This document shows, one piece after another, positions 18,541-27,057 of a stretch of 35,710 bases of DNA. The notes beneath the pieces were generated by a model, which saw nothing but the letters and a program-made list of their open reading frames with translations, was not told the origin of the DNA and did no database searches. Numbering within the stretch: the first letter of the stretch is position 1; each line of letters opens with the position of its first letter. This DNA is from a virus (taxonomy: Duplodnaviria; Caudoviricetes). The translations under genes were made by a program, and so were the position numbers. The DNA lies in IMG/VR virus record IMGVR_UViG_3300045953_000152, positions 1-35,710 of that record; one strand, written 5' to 3'.

Positions 18541-18573
18541 CACCACTACACACGATCGTCAGTTGGGCGTTGG
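18541..18573 (-). promoter_or_regulatory. Conserved intergenic motif CCAACG-N13-CGTGTGTAGTGGTG, copy 1 (candidate late promoter)
   Basis: Same bipartite motif and spacing as 12611-12643; in the gap upstream of the capsid gene block. Confidence 0.6.
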
Positions 18574-18583
18574 CGACCCCGCC

Positions 18584-18742
18584 CTATCGCTTCTTGGGCG
18601 ACTTCCCCAACTTGCCGGGGAGCACGACGATGTCGGCGCCCTTCCAGACGAAGCGGTTCTTCGGGTCCGGCTTCTTCGCGTCCTCGCGCGGCGCAGGGTC
18701 CCTCGACGGCTCTGGCTGCGCTGGAGGCTTCTCGTCGGTCAC
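18584..18742 (-). CDS. 52-aa protein downstream of MuF-ART (candidate immunity/partner), absent from ORF track
   Basis: GTG overlaps the toxin TGA (GTGA); MTDEKPPAQPEPSRDPAPREDAKKPDPKNRFVWKGADIVVLPGKLGKSPKKR, TAG at 18584. Confidence 0.65.
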   Translation of the reverse strand: MTDEKPPAQPEPSRDPAPREDAKKPDPKNRFVWKGADIVVLPGKLGKSPKKR

Positions 18743-20175
18743 TGACGCACCCGCACCCTCATGATCTTGGCCGGCCCGACTCCAGGGACCCTACCCTCTT
18801 TCACCGACAACACCTCGTACTCCGAGCCCCGCGCGATCAGCAGCTCGCGCTCCTGCTGATTACCGATCATAGCCGCTCTCGTTCCCTCCGGCACCTCGAC
18901 CTCCATCCACACAGGAAGCCGCCCGCCGCTGGCAAAGGCAAACCGTGCGGCGATGCCCTGGTCGAGCGTCGTCGAGACGTAGCCCCCGTCGATGATGATG
19001 TTGCCGGGCACCACGCCGTCGATGTCCATGTCGAGGCCGCGGTAGGCGAGCACGGTCTCGGGCACGCTCGCCCGCCCGAGCGCGGAGTCGAGGAGCTTGA
19101 TCTGGGCCCGCATCTTCTCGGGGTCCTCGTCGATCTCGTCGGCGCCGAAGCGCAGCAGACCGTTGATCTGCTCGTAGAAGTGCCCCTGGTAGGCGGCGAA
19201 GGCCCCTCGCTCCTTCGAGCTCCACGACTTGATCCAGGGGCGGAAGTTCTTCTCGGTCCACCTCTGCATCTCCGCCGGGTCGTCGAAGCTCCGGGGCTCG
19301 ACCTTCGCCGCCGGCTCAGGCTCCTGGAGCGGTCGGTCGCCCACGCCGGCGAGCAGCTCGTCGAGCACCGGCTCCGCGTAGCACCGGCAGTTGACGGCCT
19401 CGCCCGGGATCCCGTCCTCGGGCGGGTCGTCCCAGGAGTAGCGCTTGCCGTCCCGCTCCGCGTGCTCGGCGCGCACGCGGTTGTCGTTCACCGTCCGCCA
19501 GATGTACGCCGTGACCCCGAGCGTCCGCTGTCGGGCCTCGTTGACCTGGCCGTAGAACTTCCCCACCTGGTCGCGGGCGATGAGCGCCGCGCGGTTCTCC
19601 GCCACCTCGAAGCGCGCTCGGATCGCCTGCGCCAGCTCCTCGTGGCGCATGCCCAAGCGCACGCCCCGCGTGACCGTCTTCTCGACGTCGTCGAGGTAGG
19701 CGTTCGGGATGCTCTTGATGAGCGCCACGTTCTCGGCGACGAACGCCGGCACCAGCGCGTTGATGTTCGGCTCGGCGGCGAAGACGTCCACACCCGCGGC
19801 GGCACGCACCTGGCGGATGAGCTGCTCGCGCTGGAAGTTGCTCGTGCGCATGGCGTAGCGCTGCACGGCCTCCTCGAGCGCGCGCGGGCTCAGCGCCTTG
19901 AAGAACTCCTCGGCGATGCGGTCCGACTCGTCGTTGAAGTCGCGCTCGTCGTCCATGCGGCGCGCCGGGGGCAGCATCGACGCCAGCCGCGCCACGATGC
20001 GCTGCTCGACCATGTCGCGGGCGCGCTCGAGGAACGAGCGGATCGTCTTGAAGTACTCGACAGCGATGGCGCGTGGGGACGCCTGGCGCGGCAGCCGACG
20101 GGGCCGGCGCCGCTTGCCGACCAGGCCGCGGAGGAGCTGGACCTGGTTGACGACGTGGGCGAGGCGGTGGGGCAT
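18739..20175 (-). CDS. MuF/SPP1 gp7 minor head protein fused to a C-terminal ADP-ribosyltransferase
   Basis: RA.LIARDQ, YIWRT..D.RVR..H..RDGK...W, PG...NCRC (MuF); then Y..IN..LR, YRG, YVSTT, QERE (R-S-E ART). Confidence 0.93.
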   Translation of the reverse strand: MPHRLAHVVNQVQLLRGLVGKRRRPRRLPRQASPRAIAVEYFKTIRSFLERARDMVEQRIVARLASMLPPARRMDDERDFNDESDRIAEEFFKALSPRALEEAVQRYAMRTSNFQREQLIRQVRAAAGVDVFAAEPNINALVPAFVAENVALIKSIPNAYLDDVEKTVTRGVRLGMRHEELAQAIRARFEVAENRAALIARDQVGKFYGQVNEARQRTLGVTAYIWRTVNDNRVRAEHAERDGKRYSWDDPPEDGIPGEAVNCRCYAEPVLDELLAGVGDRPLQEPEPAAKVEPRSFDDPAEMQRWTEKNFRPWIKSWSSKERGAFAAYQGHFYEQINGLLRFGADEIDEDPEKMRAQIKLLDSALGRASVPETVLAYRGLDMDIDGVVPGNIIIDGGYVSTTLDQGIAARFAFASGGRLPVWMEVEVPEGTRAAMIGNQQERELLIARGSEYEVLSVKEGRVPGVGPAKIMRVRVRQ

Positions 20176-20445
20176 CTACCCCCGGAGGCTCTTCCGCCTG
20201 AGTCCTACCGCAGCGGCCGCGGCGTCGAGGTCACTTCCGGCAGCGAGTGTGACGGCCTCCAGCACCCGGACTCGCAAGTCAGCATCGGTCTCCGGGTCCT
20301 TGTACTGTTCACCCGCGCTCGCCCTGGACGCCTTGGCCCCTGCGATTGCCGACTCCAGGCAGGCGACGATGAGGCACTTGGCCTCCTCGCCGGAGAGCTG
20401 CACCTGCTGGATGATCGACACCGCGACCGACTCGAGCGGCTTCAC
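20176..20445 (-). CDS. Hypothetical helical protein (89 aa)
   Basis: GTG 20445 overlaps the previous stop; stop abuts the MuF ATG. Confidence 0.6.
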   Translation of the reverse strand: MKPLESVAVSIIQQVQLSGEEAKCLIVACLESAIAGAKASRASAGEQYKDPETDADLRVRVLEAVTLAAGSDLDAAAAAVGLRRKSLRG

Positions 20446-20639
20446 GGGCCCACCATTATACTCGCGCGCACCGCTGCGTCCTTGGCCTCGAGGAGCTTCC
20501 GCAGGGCCACCGTCCGCTCGGGGTTCCTCGGCAGAGTGTCGACGATCTCCTGCGCGAGCTTGGCGAAGGGTTGCGATACCGCGGCGAGGTTCGCCGGGAG
20601 GTGGTCGTACTGGAAGAACTGGAGAATGGGCTCGGTCAT
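20442..20639 (-). CDS. Small helical-hairpin phage protein (65 aa)
   Basis: FF.Y.HLP..L..VS.PF..LA......LP...ER..ALRKLLEAKD.AVRA, which I recognise as a recurrent phage family; ATGA coupling. Confidence 0.85.
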   Translation of the reverse strand: MTEPILQFFQYDHLPANLAAVSQPFAKLAQEIVDTLPRNPERTVALRKLLEAKDAAVRASIMVGP

Positions 20640-20908
20640 CCGACATCACCCCAGTGCCCCGGACACACGGCGTCGTCGCCGTCGTCACGGCGCACGCGCC
20701 CGGTGGTGAGGGTCCCGCACGCGGTGCAGGCCCGGAGCGCGAAGTCCTCGCTGAAGTACTCGGGCGGTCCGTGCCGCATCACCCGATCGGGCTCGCGGTC
20801 GAGCTCCTCGACCTCGGGATCCTCGGCCGCCACCTCGCGGATCACCTCGACCAGCGCCGGGTTGCTTACCTTCACCTCGAACGGTCCGTCCGTCTTCTTG
20901 CGTGCCAT
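20636..20908 (-). CDS. Hypothetical protein with CxxC...CxxH motif (90 aa)
   Basis: TGATG coupling to the portal stop; CTAC...CPGH. Confidence 0.7.
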   Translation of the reverse strand: MARKKTDGPFEVKVSNPALVEVIREVAAEDPEVEELDREPDRVMRHGPPEYFSEDFALRACTACGTLTTGRVRRDDGDDAVCPGHWGDVG

Positions 20909-22359
20909 CAGGCTGCCTCCTCTTCCTCTTCGATGTCCTCGCCCTTGTCGGGCGCGGGTTCCCCTTCTTCTTGCTCGCGCGCCGCCGCGGCGGCCTCCGT
21001 CTCCTCGCGCTCCGCCTGCTCCTCGAGCTTCTTCCTCGCGGCGAAGTCCACCGACGTCTCGACGGAGTACTCCGGCCCGCCGAACCTCGACTGCGCGACC
21101 TCCTCCGCGAACAGCACGCCCTGGCTCAGGTAGATCGCGTCGGTGTCCGCCTGGATCTTGCGCGTCTCCACGATCTCCTTCTCCGACGGCTGCCAGAGCG
21201 GCAGGAAGCGGAGCGACCAGTTCTCCGGTTCCTTGCCTTTGGTGGGGCCCGACTTCGAGAGGAGCACCAGCTGCACGATGCGCTCGAGCGCCGGCCGCGC
21301 GGTGCGCTCACGCCCGGCGTCGCAGGTGTTGTGCCAGGAGACCCGGTCGCTCTCCCCGGTGGCGTTCATCCCCGCCGGGGACATGCCCATCAGCTTCGTC
21401 GCCGGCATGTCGGCCGCCGCCGAAAGCCGCTGCATCATCCTGTCCATGAGCTCGGGCAGCCCGCCCAGCGGCGTAGGCTCGCGGTGGAACTCGTCCTCCT
21501 TGTCCATCACGATCGCGCGCAGCACCGACCGCGAGACGTCCATCAGCCGCATTCGGTCGACGACCGCCTTCTCGTTGCCCGCCGCCATGAGCTGGGCGAG
21601 CCCCTGCAGCCGGTACACCGCCTGGGCGAAGTCCTGCACCAGCACGCCCGCCCCGTGGAAGACCGAGTCGAAGTCGCGCAGCACGGGCATCAGCCTCGAC
21701 AGGACCGAGTCCCCCCAACCCTGCCGAAGGGTCGCCGTCTCCGCCTTGGTGACGCGGATGCCCTGGAGGATGACCAGCCTCGACTCGTGGATCTCGATGC
21801 CCGGCTGAGCCCCGGCGCCGCCGGCGATGGGCTGCAGGCGCCAGAGTTTCGTTTCCCCGAACTTCTCCTCGCGCGGGTCGGTGTAGTGGCTCGCCGGCGT
21901 GAGCTCGGCCGGCTCGAACACGTGGAGCTGCCGCACCTCGGGGATGCGCTCTTCGTTCAGCGGCGCGGCGAGGTCCTGGCCGTCGTTCATCACCGGGAAG
22001 ATCGCGGCGCCGCCGTAGGCGCGCTGGTAGTGCCAGGCGGTGCGGACCTTGTCGGCCAGGCCCAGCTCCTCGAGCTTCGCGTCGACCTCGCGCCCCTGCT
22101 CGCCGTCCTCGTCGTCCTGGATCTGCACCTCGAACCCTGGACGGAGCGCCTCGTCTGGCATCGACTCGATCACCCGCGCGGCGATGTCCGACGCACGCCA
22201 GATCTCGCGCGCGACCAGGTCGGGGACGACGCAGGTGGCGTACTCCGCCCCCATGCGCTTGTCGTAGCCGGAGACGCCCATGCCGGTGATGACGTTCATC
22301 ATCCCGTCGCCCTTCGGCGTGGCGTCGGTCTTCGGCTGCTTCTTCTTGAAGGGCCACAT
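20908..22359 (-). CDS. Portal protein (DUF1073-like)
   Basis: YGGAAI, IHESRL, GWGDSVL, P.TKL.G.SP.G.NATGESD, F.PLWQPSEKE motifs; follows terminase. Confidence 0.92.
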   Translation of the reverse strand: MWPFKKKQPKTDATPKGDGMMNVITGMGVSGYDKRMGAEYATCVVPDLVAREIWRASDIAARVIESMPDEALRPGFEVQIQDDEDGEQGREVDAKLEELGLADKVRTAWHYQRAYGGAAIFPVMNDGQDLAAPLNEERIPEVRQLHVFEPAELTPASHYTDPREEKFGETKLWRLQPIAGGAGAQPGIEIHESRLVILQGIRVTKAETATLRQGWGDSVLSRLMPVLRDFDSVFHGAGVLVQDFAQAVYRLQGLAQLMAAGNEKAVVDRMRLMDVSRSVLRAIVMDKEDEFHREPTPLGGLPELMDRMMQRLSAAADMPATKLMGMSPAGMNATGESDRVSWHNTCDAGRERTARPALERIVQLVLLSKSGPTKGKEPENWSLRFLPLWQPSEKEIVETRKIQADTDAIYLSQGVLFAEEVAQSRFGGPEYSVETSVDFAARKKLEEQAEREETEAAAAAREQEEGEPAPDKGEDIEEEEEAA

Positions 22360-22369
22360 GGGTCGTCTC

Positions 22370-23926
22370 CTAGTGCGCCTGCGCCTCGAAGATCCACGAG
22401 GAGCGGTTCATCAGATCGAGGAGGGCCTGGCTCGCGGCGTCCACCTGGTCGTCGTTCGCTCCGTTCGGGAAGGTCCTGAACTCGCCGACGAAGTCCTCGA
22501 GCCACCCAGCGCCGTCGGGGAGGAACACGTTGCCCGCCTCGACCTCGGGCTGCATGCGCGCGGCGCGCACCTCCTTGCCGCCCTCGGGGTTGAGCGGCAC
22601 GAGCCCCGGAACCGACGACTGGAGGTCCGAGATGATCGCCGGCCCGTTGGCCTTCGCTTCGATCACCTTCCGCGCGGCGCGCGGCCACGCGGCGCACATC
22701 TGCCGGAAGCTCTCCTTCCCGTCCTTGTACTCCCACTGGGCGCGTCGCTGGTCGAGGAGGTAGCGGTCCGCGCCCTTCGCGGCCCACACCTGGATCACCA
22801 TGAACGAGCGCTTCTTCCCCTGCGTGAGCTCGCCACCGCCGAAGTTGGCGTCGACCGAGAGGATGATCACGTCGAGCTTCTCGGGCAGCGGACGGGCGGC
22901 CTCTGCCCGGCACCCCTTCGGGCGCTGCCCCTCGACGCCAACGCCGTCCGGCTTCCAGAAGCGCCACCAGGTGTCCTTGAACATCCCGCCGCCCTTGGGG
23001 GCGGGGCGCTGCTGGTGCTGCCCGGCGTAGCCGTACGAGCCGAGTCGGCGCTTCTCCTCGTCGAGGACCTCTCGCGGGAAGCGCTCGGGATGGAGGAGCT
23101 CGCCGGGCTCCTTGCGTGGGTCGCACCAACCGATCGGCGAGTGCGCGACGTCGGTGGCGAGCTCGGGGTCGTACTCCTGGGGGATCACGAGATGCGTCCA
23201 CGTCCCGTTCTCCAGGACGTGCCCTGTCCAGTCCTCCTCGTGGAGCCGCTGCATGATGCCGATGCGCACCGACGAGCGCGGGTCGTTCACCCGGTTCGCG
23301 ATCGCCGTGTCCCAGCGGTCGTTCACCTCGTGGCGGTGTGCCTCGCTGTTGACCTCCTCGGCGTCGTTGGGGTCGTCCACGAGCAGAGCGTCCGCGCGGT
23401 CACCGGCGATCTTCGAGGTCATGGTGCTCGCCTGGCGGAAGCCCCCGGCGGTGTTCTTGTAGAGCGTCTTCGTGTCCTGGTCGGCGGCGAGCTGCCACGG
23501 CGGCGCGAAGCTCCCCTGGTACCAGTCGCTCTCGATGAGCGTCCGGCAGTAGAGGCTGTCCCTCGTCGCCACGCGAGGGTTCCCCGACAGGCAAATCACG
23601 CGCCACGTTGGGCACCGCAGCCACATCCACGCCGGCGCGCAGACGGAGACGATGCGGCTCTTCGCCGACCCGGGCGGCACGTTGATGAGCAGGTCCTTGA
23701 TCCGCTGGACGTACGACGGGTCCTTCTGCTTCTCCTCCCAGTCGGTGAGCGCGACCTGGACGTGCAGGCAGATCGCCTCCATGTGCCAGTTCCATAGGAG
23801 CGGCGTCGAGGGCTCGAGGACGTGCCACGACTGCCGGAAGAACTCCGCCAGCGACCGGCGCGCCTTCTCCGCCCGGATCTCCGGGATCGACGGGAGGCTA
23901 TTGAGCAGGGCCACCAAGTCGTTCAC
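22370..23926 (-). CDS. terL: Terminase large subunit
   Basis: INVPPGSAKS Walker A, LLVDDP Walker B, MQRLHEED, QQRP.P, IEAKANG, FPNGANDDQVDA nuclease motif. Confidence 0.96.
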   Translation of the reverse strand: MNDLVALLNSLPSIPEIRAEKARRSLAEFFRQSWHVLEPSTPLLWNWHMEAICLHVQVALTDWEEKQKDPSYVQRIKDLLINVPPGSAKSRIVSVCAPAWMWLRCPTWRVICLSGNPRVATRDSLYCRTLIESDWYQGSFAPPWQLAADQDTKTLYKNTAGGFRQASTMTSKIAGDRADALLVDDPNDAEEVNSEAHRHEVNDRWDTAIANRVNDPRSSVRIGIMQRLHEEDWTGHVLENGTWTHLVIPQEYDPELATDVAHSPIGWCDPRKEPGELLHPERFPREVLDEEKRRLGSYGYAGQHQQRPAPKGGGMFKDTWWRFWKPDGVGVEGQRPKGCRAEAARPLPEKLDVIILSVDANFGGGELTQGKKRSFMVIQVWAAKGADRYLLDQRRAQWEYKDGKESFRQMCAAWPRAARKVIEAKANGPAIISDLQSSVPGLVPLNPEGGKEVRAARMQPEVEAGNVFLPDGAGWLEDFVGEFRTFPNGANDDQVDAASQALLDLMNRSSWIFEAQAH

Positions 23927-24296
23927 GGATCTCGGCCGCAGCCATGAGGGCGTCGAGCTCCGCCTCCGTCGCCCTCGAGAGGTCGGTCTTCACCTGCACG
24001 CCGCCCGACAACTCGATGGTCTGGGGCGGCCGGCCCAACGCGCGGTTGAGCAGCTCCTTCGCTGCGTCGAGGCGGTCCTTCAAGTCGGCTTTGCCGTTCT
24101 TGTACGTCTTCACCAGGAACTTCACGACGTCGCGCAGGTCGCTCGTCTCGGCGAAGATCATCTCTGCGACCTCGCGCACTCCGCGCGGCCGCCCGCCTGG
24201 GTTGGGCGACGGCCCGCCCTTCACGAACCGGCCGTTCTTCTCCCGCGGCACGCTCTGCTTCGGCTTCCCCACGTGTTCGTTCCTGTTCTCAGGCAT
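23898..24296 (-). CDS. terS: Terminase small subunit (DUF5681-like)
   Basis: GRF.KG.S.NPGGRPRG and AAKELLNRALGRP motifs; immediately upstream of terL. Confidence 0.85.
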   Translation of the reverse strand: MPENRNEHVGKPKQSVPREKNGRFVKGGPSPNPGGRPRGVREVAEMIFAETSDLRDVVKFLVKTYKNGKADLKDRLDAAKELLNRALGRPPQTIELSGGVQVKTDLSRATEAELDALMAAAEIRERLGGPAQ

Positions 24297-24801
24297 CCTT
24301 GCCTGGGTCCTTCCTCTTCGTTGGCGCCCTGGCCCCCAGCGCCTCCCCTGCCCGCTCCACCGCCGCCCGGATCTCCTCGAACGCGTCCTTCACGTCGATC
24401 CCGAGCACCGCGGCCACCTGGCGCACCGTGCCCCCCTGTGGATTCCGGTCGACGAAGTCGAGGGCGCAGGTGTCCCGCCCCTCGCAGTCGTCGTCCGGGT
24501 CGATCAGCACCTGCACCTCGTCCGGTCCCTCGGCCTCGCCGAGCGTGCCGGCGATGTAGCGCCGGGCCTGCCGTGGGGAGACGTCGAACTCGGTGACCAG
24601 GATGGACGCGACCAGCGGCAGGCGGCACCGCGCGCTGAGCTCCCTCGCTCGGGCTGCCCGCTCGTGGAACAGCTCGGCGCTCGAGCGGATCTTGATCCCC
24701 AGGTGGTAGCGGCAGCCGTACCAGGGGCATGGCCGCGGGCCGTCGATGCAGTCCGCGCGGGTCCTGGGTCGGTCCGGTAGCTCGAGGTCCGCTTCGGCCA
24801 T
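24289..24801 (-). CDS. Cys/His-motif HTH regulator, paralog 2 (candidate late-gene regulator)
   Basis: RPRTRADC..GPRPCP..GC.YHL...DTCALD..DR shared with 30884..31447; HTH-like FDVSPRQARRY and TVRQVAAVLG. Confidence 0.75.
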   Translation of the reverse strand: MAEADLELPDRPRTRADCIDGPRPCPWYGCRYHLGIKIRSSAELFHERAARARELSARCRLPLVASILVTEFDVSPRQARRYIAGTLGEAEGPDEVQVLIDPDDDCEGRDTCALDFVDRNPQGGTVRQVAAVLGIDVKDAFEEIRAAVERAGEALGARAPTKRKDPGKDA

Positions 24802-25253
24802 CAGGCGTGGCCACGCCTCTGTGTGCCGACGAGCGTGAGCTGGCGCGACCGGAACGTCACCCGCGCCACGGCGCCGCAGTGCTTCCCCAGGAAGACCCAG
24901 GCCGGCTCCGAGAACGGGAACTCGAACTCGAGGCAGATGGACGGGGGCATGTCCTCCGCCCCTGCGTCGCCACGCGCCTGGACGCCCTTCAGCGCAGGGA
25001 TATCGACCTGGTCGTGATCAGAGACGAGTCGGGCATTCACCTCCAGGGCCTCGGTCGGCAGGACGCACGAGGACAGCCCGCCGCCGCGCAGGGACTGGAG
25101 GGCCTGGCGCGCGTCGGCGCCGAGCGCGGTCGCGATCTCGTCGTCAAACTCGCGGTCGATGATCATCGTGCAGATGCGTGCGACGACGCCGTTCTTCTCC
25201 TTCGCCTTGACCCGGATCGCCTTGATGCCGGCGCTCACCTCGATGTCGAACAT
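24801..25253 (-). CDS. Hypothetical protein (150 aa)
   Basis: AGGAGGT RBS; TGATG coupling downstream. Confidence 0.8.
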   Translation of the reverse strand: MFDIEVSAGIKAIRVKAKEKNGVVARICTMIIDREFDDEIATALGADARQALQSLRGGGLSSCVLPTEALEVNARLVSDHDQVDIPALKGVQARGDAGAEDMPPSICLEFEFPFSEPAWVFLGKHCGAVARVTFRSRQLTLVGTQRRGHA

Positions 25254-25447
25254 GGGGCACCTCCTTTCTCCGTGATCCCTTCGGTGACCTTCTCGATGGC
25301 CAGCTGCATCGCCCCGAGCTCGGCGCGCAGCTCGGCGACTTCCAGCCGGAGCCGAGCGTTCTCCGCCTCCAGCGCCGCAACCGCCTCGCGCAGGTTGGTG
25401 ATGAGCCCCGACCAGCGCGGGCTCGTCTGCTTTTCCTCGACGCTCAT
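25235..25447 (-). CDS. Small coiled-coil protein (70 aa)
   Basis: ATGA overlap; LEAENARLRLEVAELRAEL leucine heptads. Confidence 0.7.
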   Translation of the reverse strand: MSVEEKQTSPRWSGLITNLREAVAALEAENARLRLEVAELRAELGAMQLAIEKVTEGITEKGGAPCSTSR

Positions 25448-25668
25448 CCGTCGACCTCGAGCTGGGCGAAGCGCAGGCAGGTCGCGTCCTCGCCCTCGTA
25501 CTCCGGGTTGAGCAGCTTCACCACGTGCACCACGATCACGATCGGCCTCCTCCTCTGGTAGAGGTGCCCCGGGGCGAACACCAGGTCGCACACCGTGCAC
25601 CGGTAGAGCCCTCCGTCCTCAGGTAGGGCCTGGGTGTGGCAGCCCGCCCGAGGACATAGGATCGTCAC
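25444..25668 (-). CDS. Small Zn-ribbon protein (74 aa)
   Basis: CPRAGC...CTVC; GTGA overlap. Confidence 0.65.
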   Translation of the reverse strand: MTILCPRAGCHTQALPEDGGLYRCTVCDLVFAPGHLYQRRRPIVIVVHVVKLLNPEYEGEDATCLRFAQLEVDG

Positions 25669-26411
25669 CCCGTCCCCCTCTTCACTGTCTCGGCCTCAGC
25701 CGCCCGTCTGATGCAGTCGTCGACGATCCAGCTCAGGCAGCCGGTGCAGTTGACGTACAGGTGGTCGGCCCACTCAACGCGCGCGCCCTGCCGCGCGACC
25801 GCATCCATCGTCTCCGCGCAGGCGGTCGCCACCACGTCGCTCGCCTCAACCAGATCGCCGACCTTGACCTCCTTGTTCAGCTTCACGAGCACGAGCCCGC
25901 GGGCCCCGCCCTCCAGTACCGTCCTCAAGGCCGCGTTGTCGAGGCTCGCCGGGGTCGGCGGCCAGTGAACGAGTTGCGGGTCCTTCCAGTTCTCGCGCTC
26001 GGCGCGCCTCTCTCGCAGCCGGAAGGTGAGAGCGCGCAGGCAGGCCACGCACGTCACACTCTCCGGTCGCTCGGCGTGCTTCGGCGGGATCTCTCCTGGC
26101 TTCGGCGCGGCCCCGCACGTTGCTCGCGCGGCCGAGTCGTTGAAGGCCGTGAACCCAGCAGGGTCCCTGCGTCGGTAGCGCCGCCGCCACTCTTCACGCG
26201 TCACCGGCCAGTGGACCGGCTCCGCGTCGTGCCGCATGAGCCGCAGGCACACGCCGCACGTCACGTCGGAGTGGTTGTCGGTCATGGGCGGCGGGCTCCC
26301 GACGATGGCCGAGTCGCAACGTGCGTGCTCTTCGAAGCGCGGGTGGAAGCGGTCGTCTTCGTCAGACCTTCGCACGCGCAGGTGCACCCGTTTCGGCGAG
26401 GCCGCGCCCAT
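25665..26411 (-). CDS. Protein with three tandem H-C-CxxC Zn-finger-like repeats
   Basis: VH...C...VTCGVCL; VHW...C...VTCVACL; VHW...C...VNCTGCL. Confidence 0.8.
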   Translation of the reverse strand: MGAASPKRVHLRVRRSDEDDRFHPRFEEHARCDSAIVGSPPPMTDNHSDVTCGVCLRLMRHDAEPVHWPVTREEWRRRYRRRDPAGFTAFNDSAARATCGAAPKPGEIPPKHAERPESVTCVACLRALTFRLRERRAERENWKDPQLVHWPPTPASLDNAALRTVLEGGARGLVLVKLNKEVKVGDLVEASDVVATACAETMDAVARQGARVEWADHLYVNCTGCLSWIVDDCIRRAAEAETVKRGTG

Positions 26412-26530
26412 CTATGCCCGTCCCCCTGGTTTCTTGTCCCCGGTCGGGGTCTCACATTCTCGGGCGGGGGTGGCCTTGTCGCTGTCCCGCCCCCTTCTAA
26501 TCTTTCCGGATTCCCCGTCGGAGAACGGCA

Positions 26531-26926
26531 TCACGCAGCCTCCTTCGGCTCCTCGTCCACCATCGGCGGGTCGAGCAGCTCGCGCACCCAGTCCCGGGTG
26601 GGGCCCGAGCACGCCAGGAGCCCGGACACCAGCTTGAGCGTCCACCGCAGCGCTGCGAGGTCGGCCCGGACCTGGAGTCGCTGCGTGTCGTTCAGCTCGT
26701 GCTGCGCCAGGCGCATCTTGCTGTACGCTGCCAGCCTCAACAGTCGCTTCGCCTTGCGCCTCCTGTGCTTGCCCACGCCGAGCTGGCGCAACCCCTCGAG
26801 CAGGCCGTCGCACGAGTCGCACCCCTCGTCGTTGTAGTGCGAGACGTCGTCGAGCGGGCAGTCCCGGAGGGCGCAGTCTCGACAGTCCTCCTGGCGACAT
26901 GTGTCGGTGTTGCCCGAGCACGTCAT
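26531..26926 (-). CDS. Cys-rich hypothetical protein (131 aa)
   Basis: ATG 26926 with GGAGGT RBS; seven Cys in the first 40 residues, then a basic helix. Confidence 0.7.
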   Translation of the reverse strand: MTCSGNTDTCRQEDCRDCALRDCPLDDVSHYNDEGCDSCDGLLEGLRQLGVGKHRRRKAKRLLRLAAYSKMRLAQHELNDTQRLQVRADLAALRWTLKLVSGLLACSGPTRDWVRELLDPPMVDEEPKEAA

Positions 26927-27057
26927 GGTCCACCTCCGTCCTGTGTCGCTCTCTCGGTGCAGTCCTCTCCGCCGCCGCGCGTGTCGGTCGGCGGGCCCTC
27001 TTGGGGGCAGTCCTCGCCGCCGCACGCGGCCATGAGGACGAGCAGGAGCCAGCGCAT
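26923..27057 (-). CDS. 44-aa lipoprotein, absent from ORF track
   Basis: MRWLLLVLMAACGGEDCPQEGPPTDTRGGGEDCTERATQDGGGP; fills the gap exactly (TAG-ATG upstream, ATGA downstream). Confidence 0.75.
   Translation of the reverse strand: MRWLLLVLMAACGGEDCPQEGPPTDTRGGGEDCTERATQDGGGP

Noticed and set aside
20455-20460. Perfect TATAAT on the minus strand
   Set aside because: Lies inside a coding region with no recognisable -35 or CCAAC partner; a single hexamer is insufficient
16341-20709. Very long plus-strand ORFs (731 aa, 754 aa; likewise 2525..3967, 6659..8245, 20902..23797)
   Set aside because: Antisense shadows of real minus-strand genes in high-GC DNA; Arg/Gly-rich with no domain motifs
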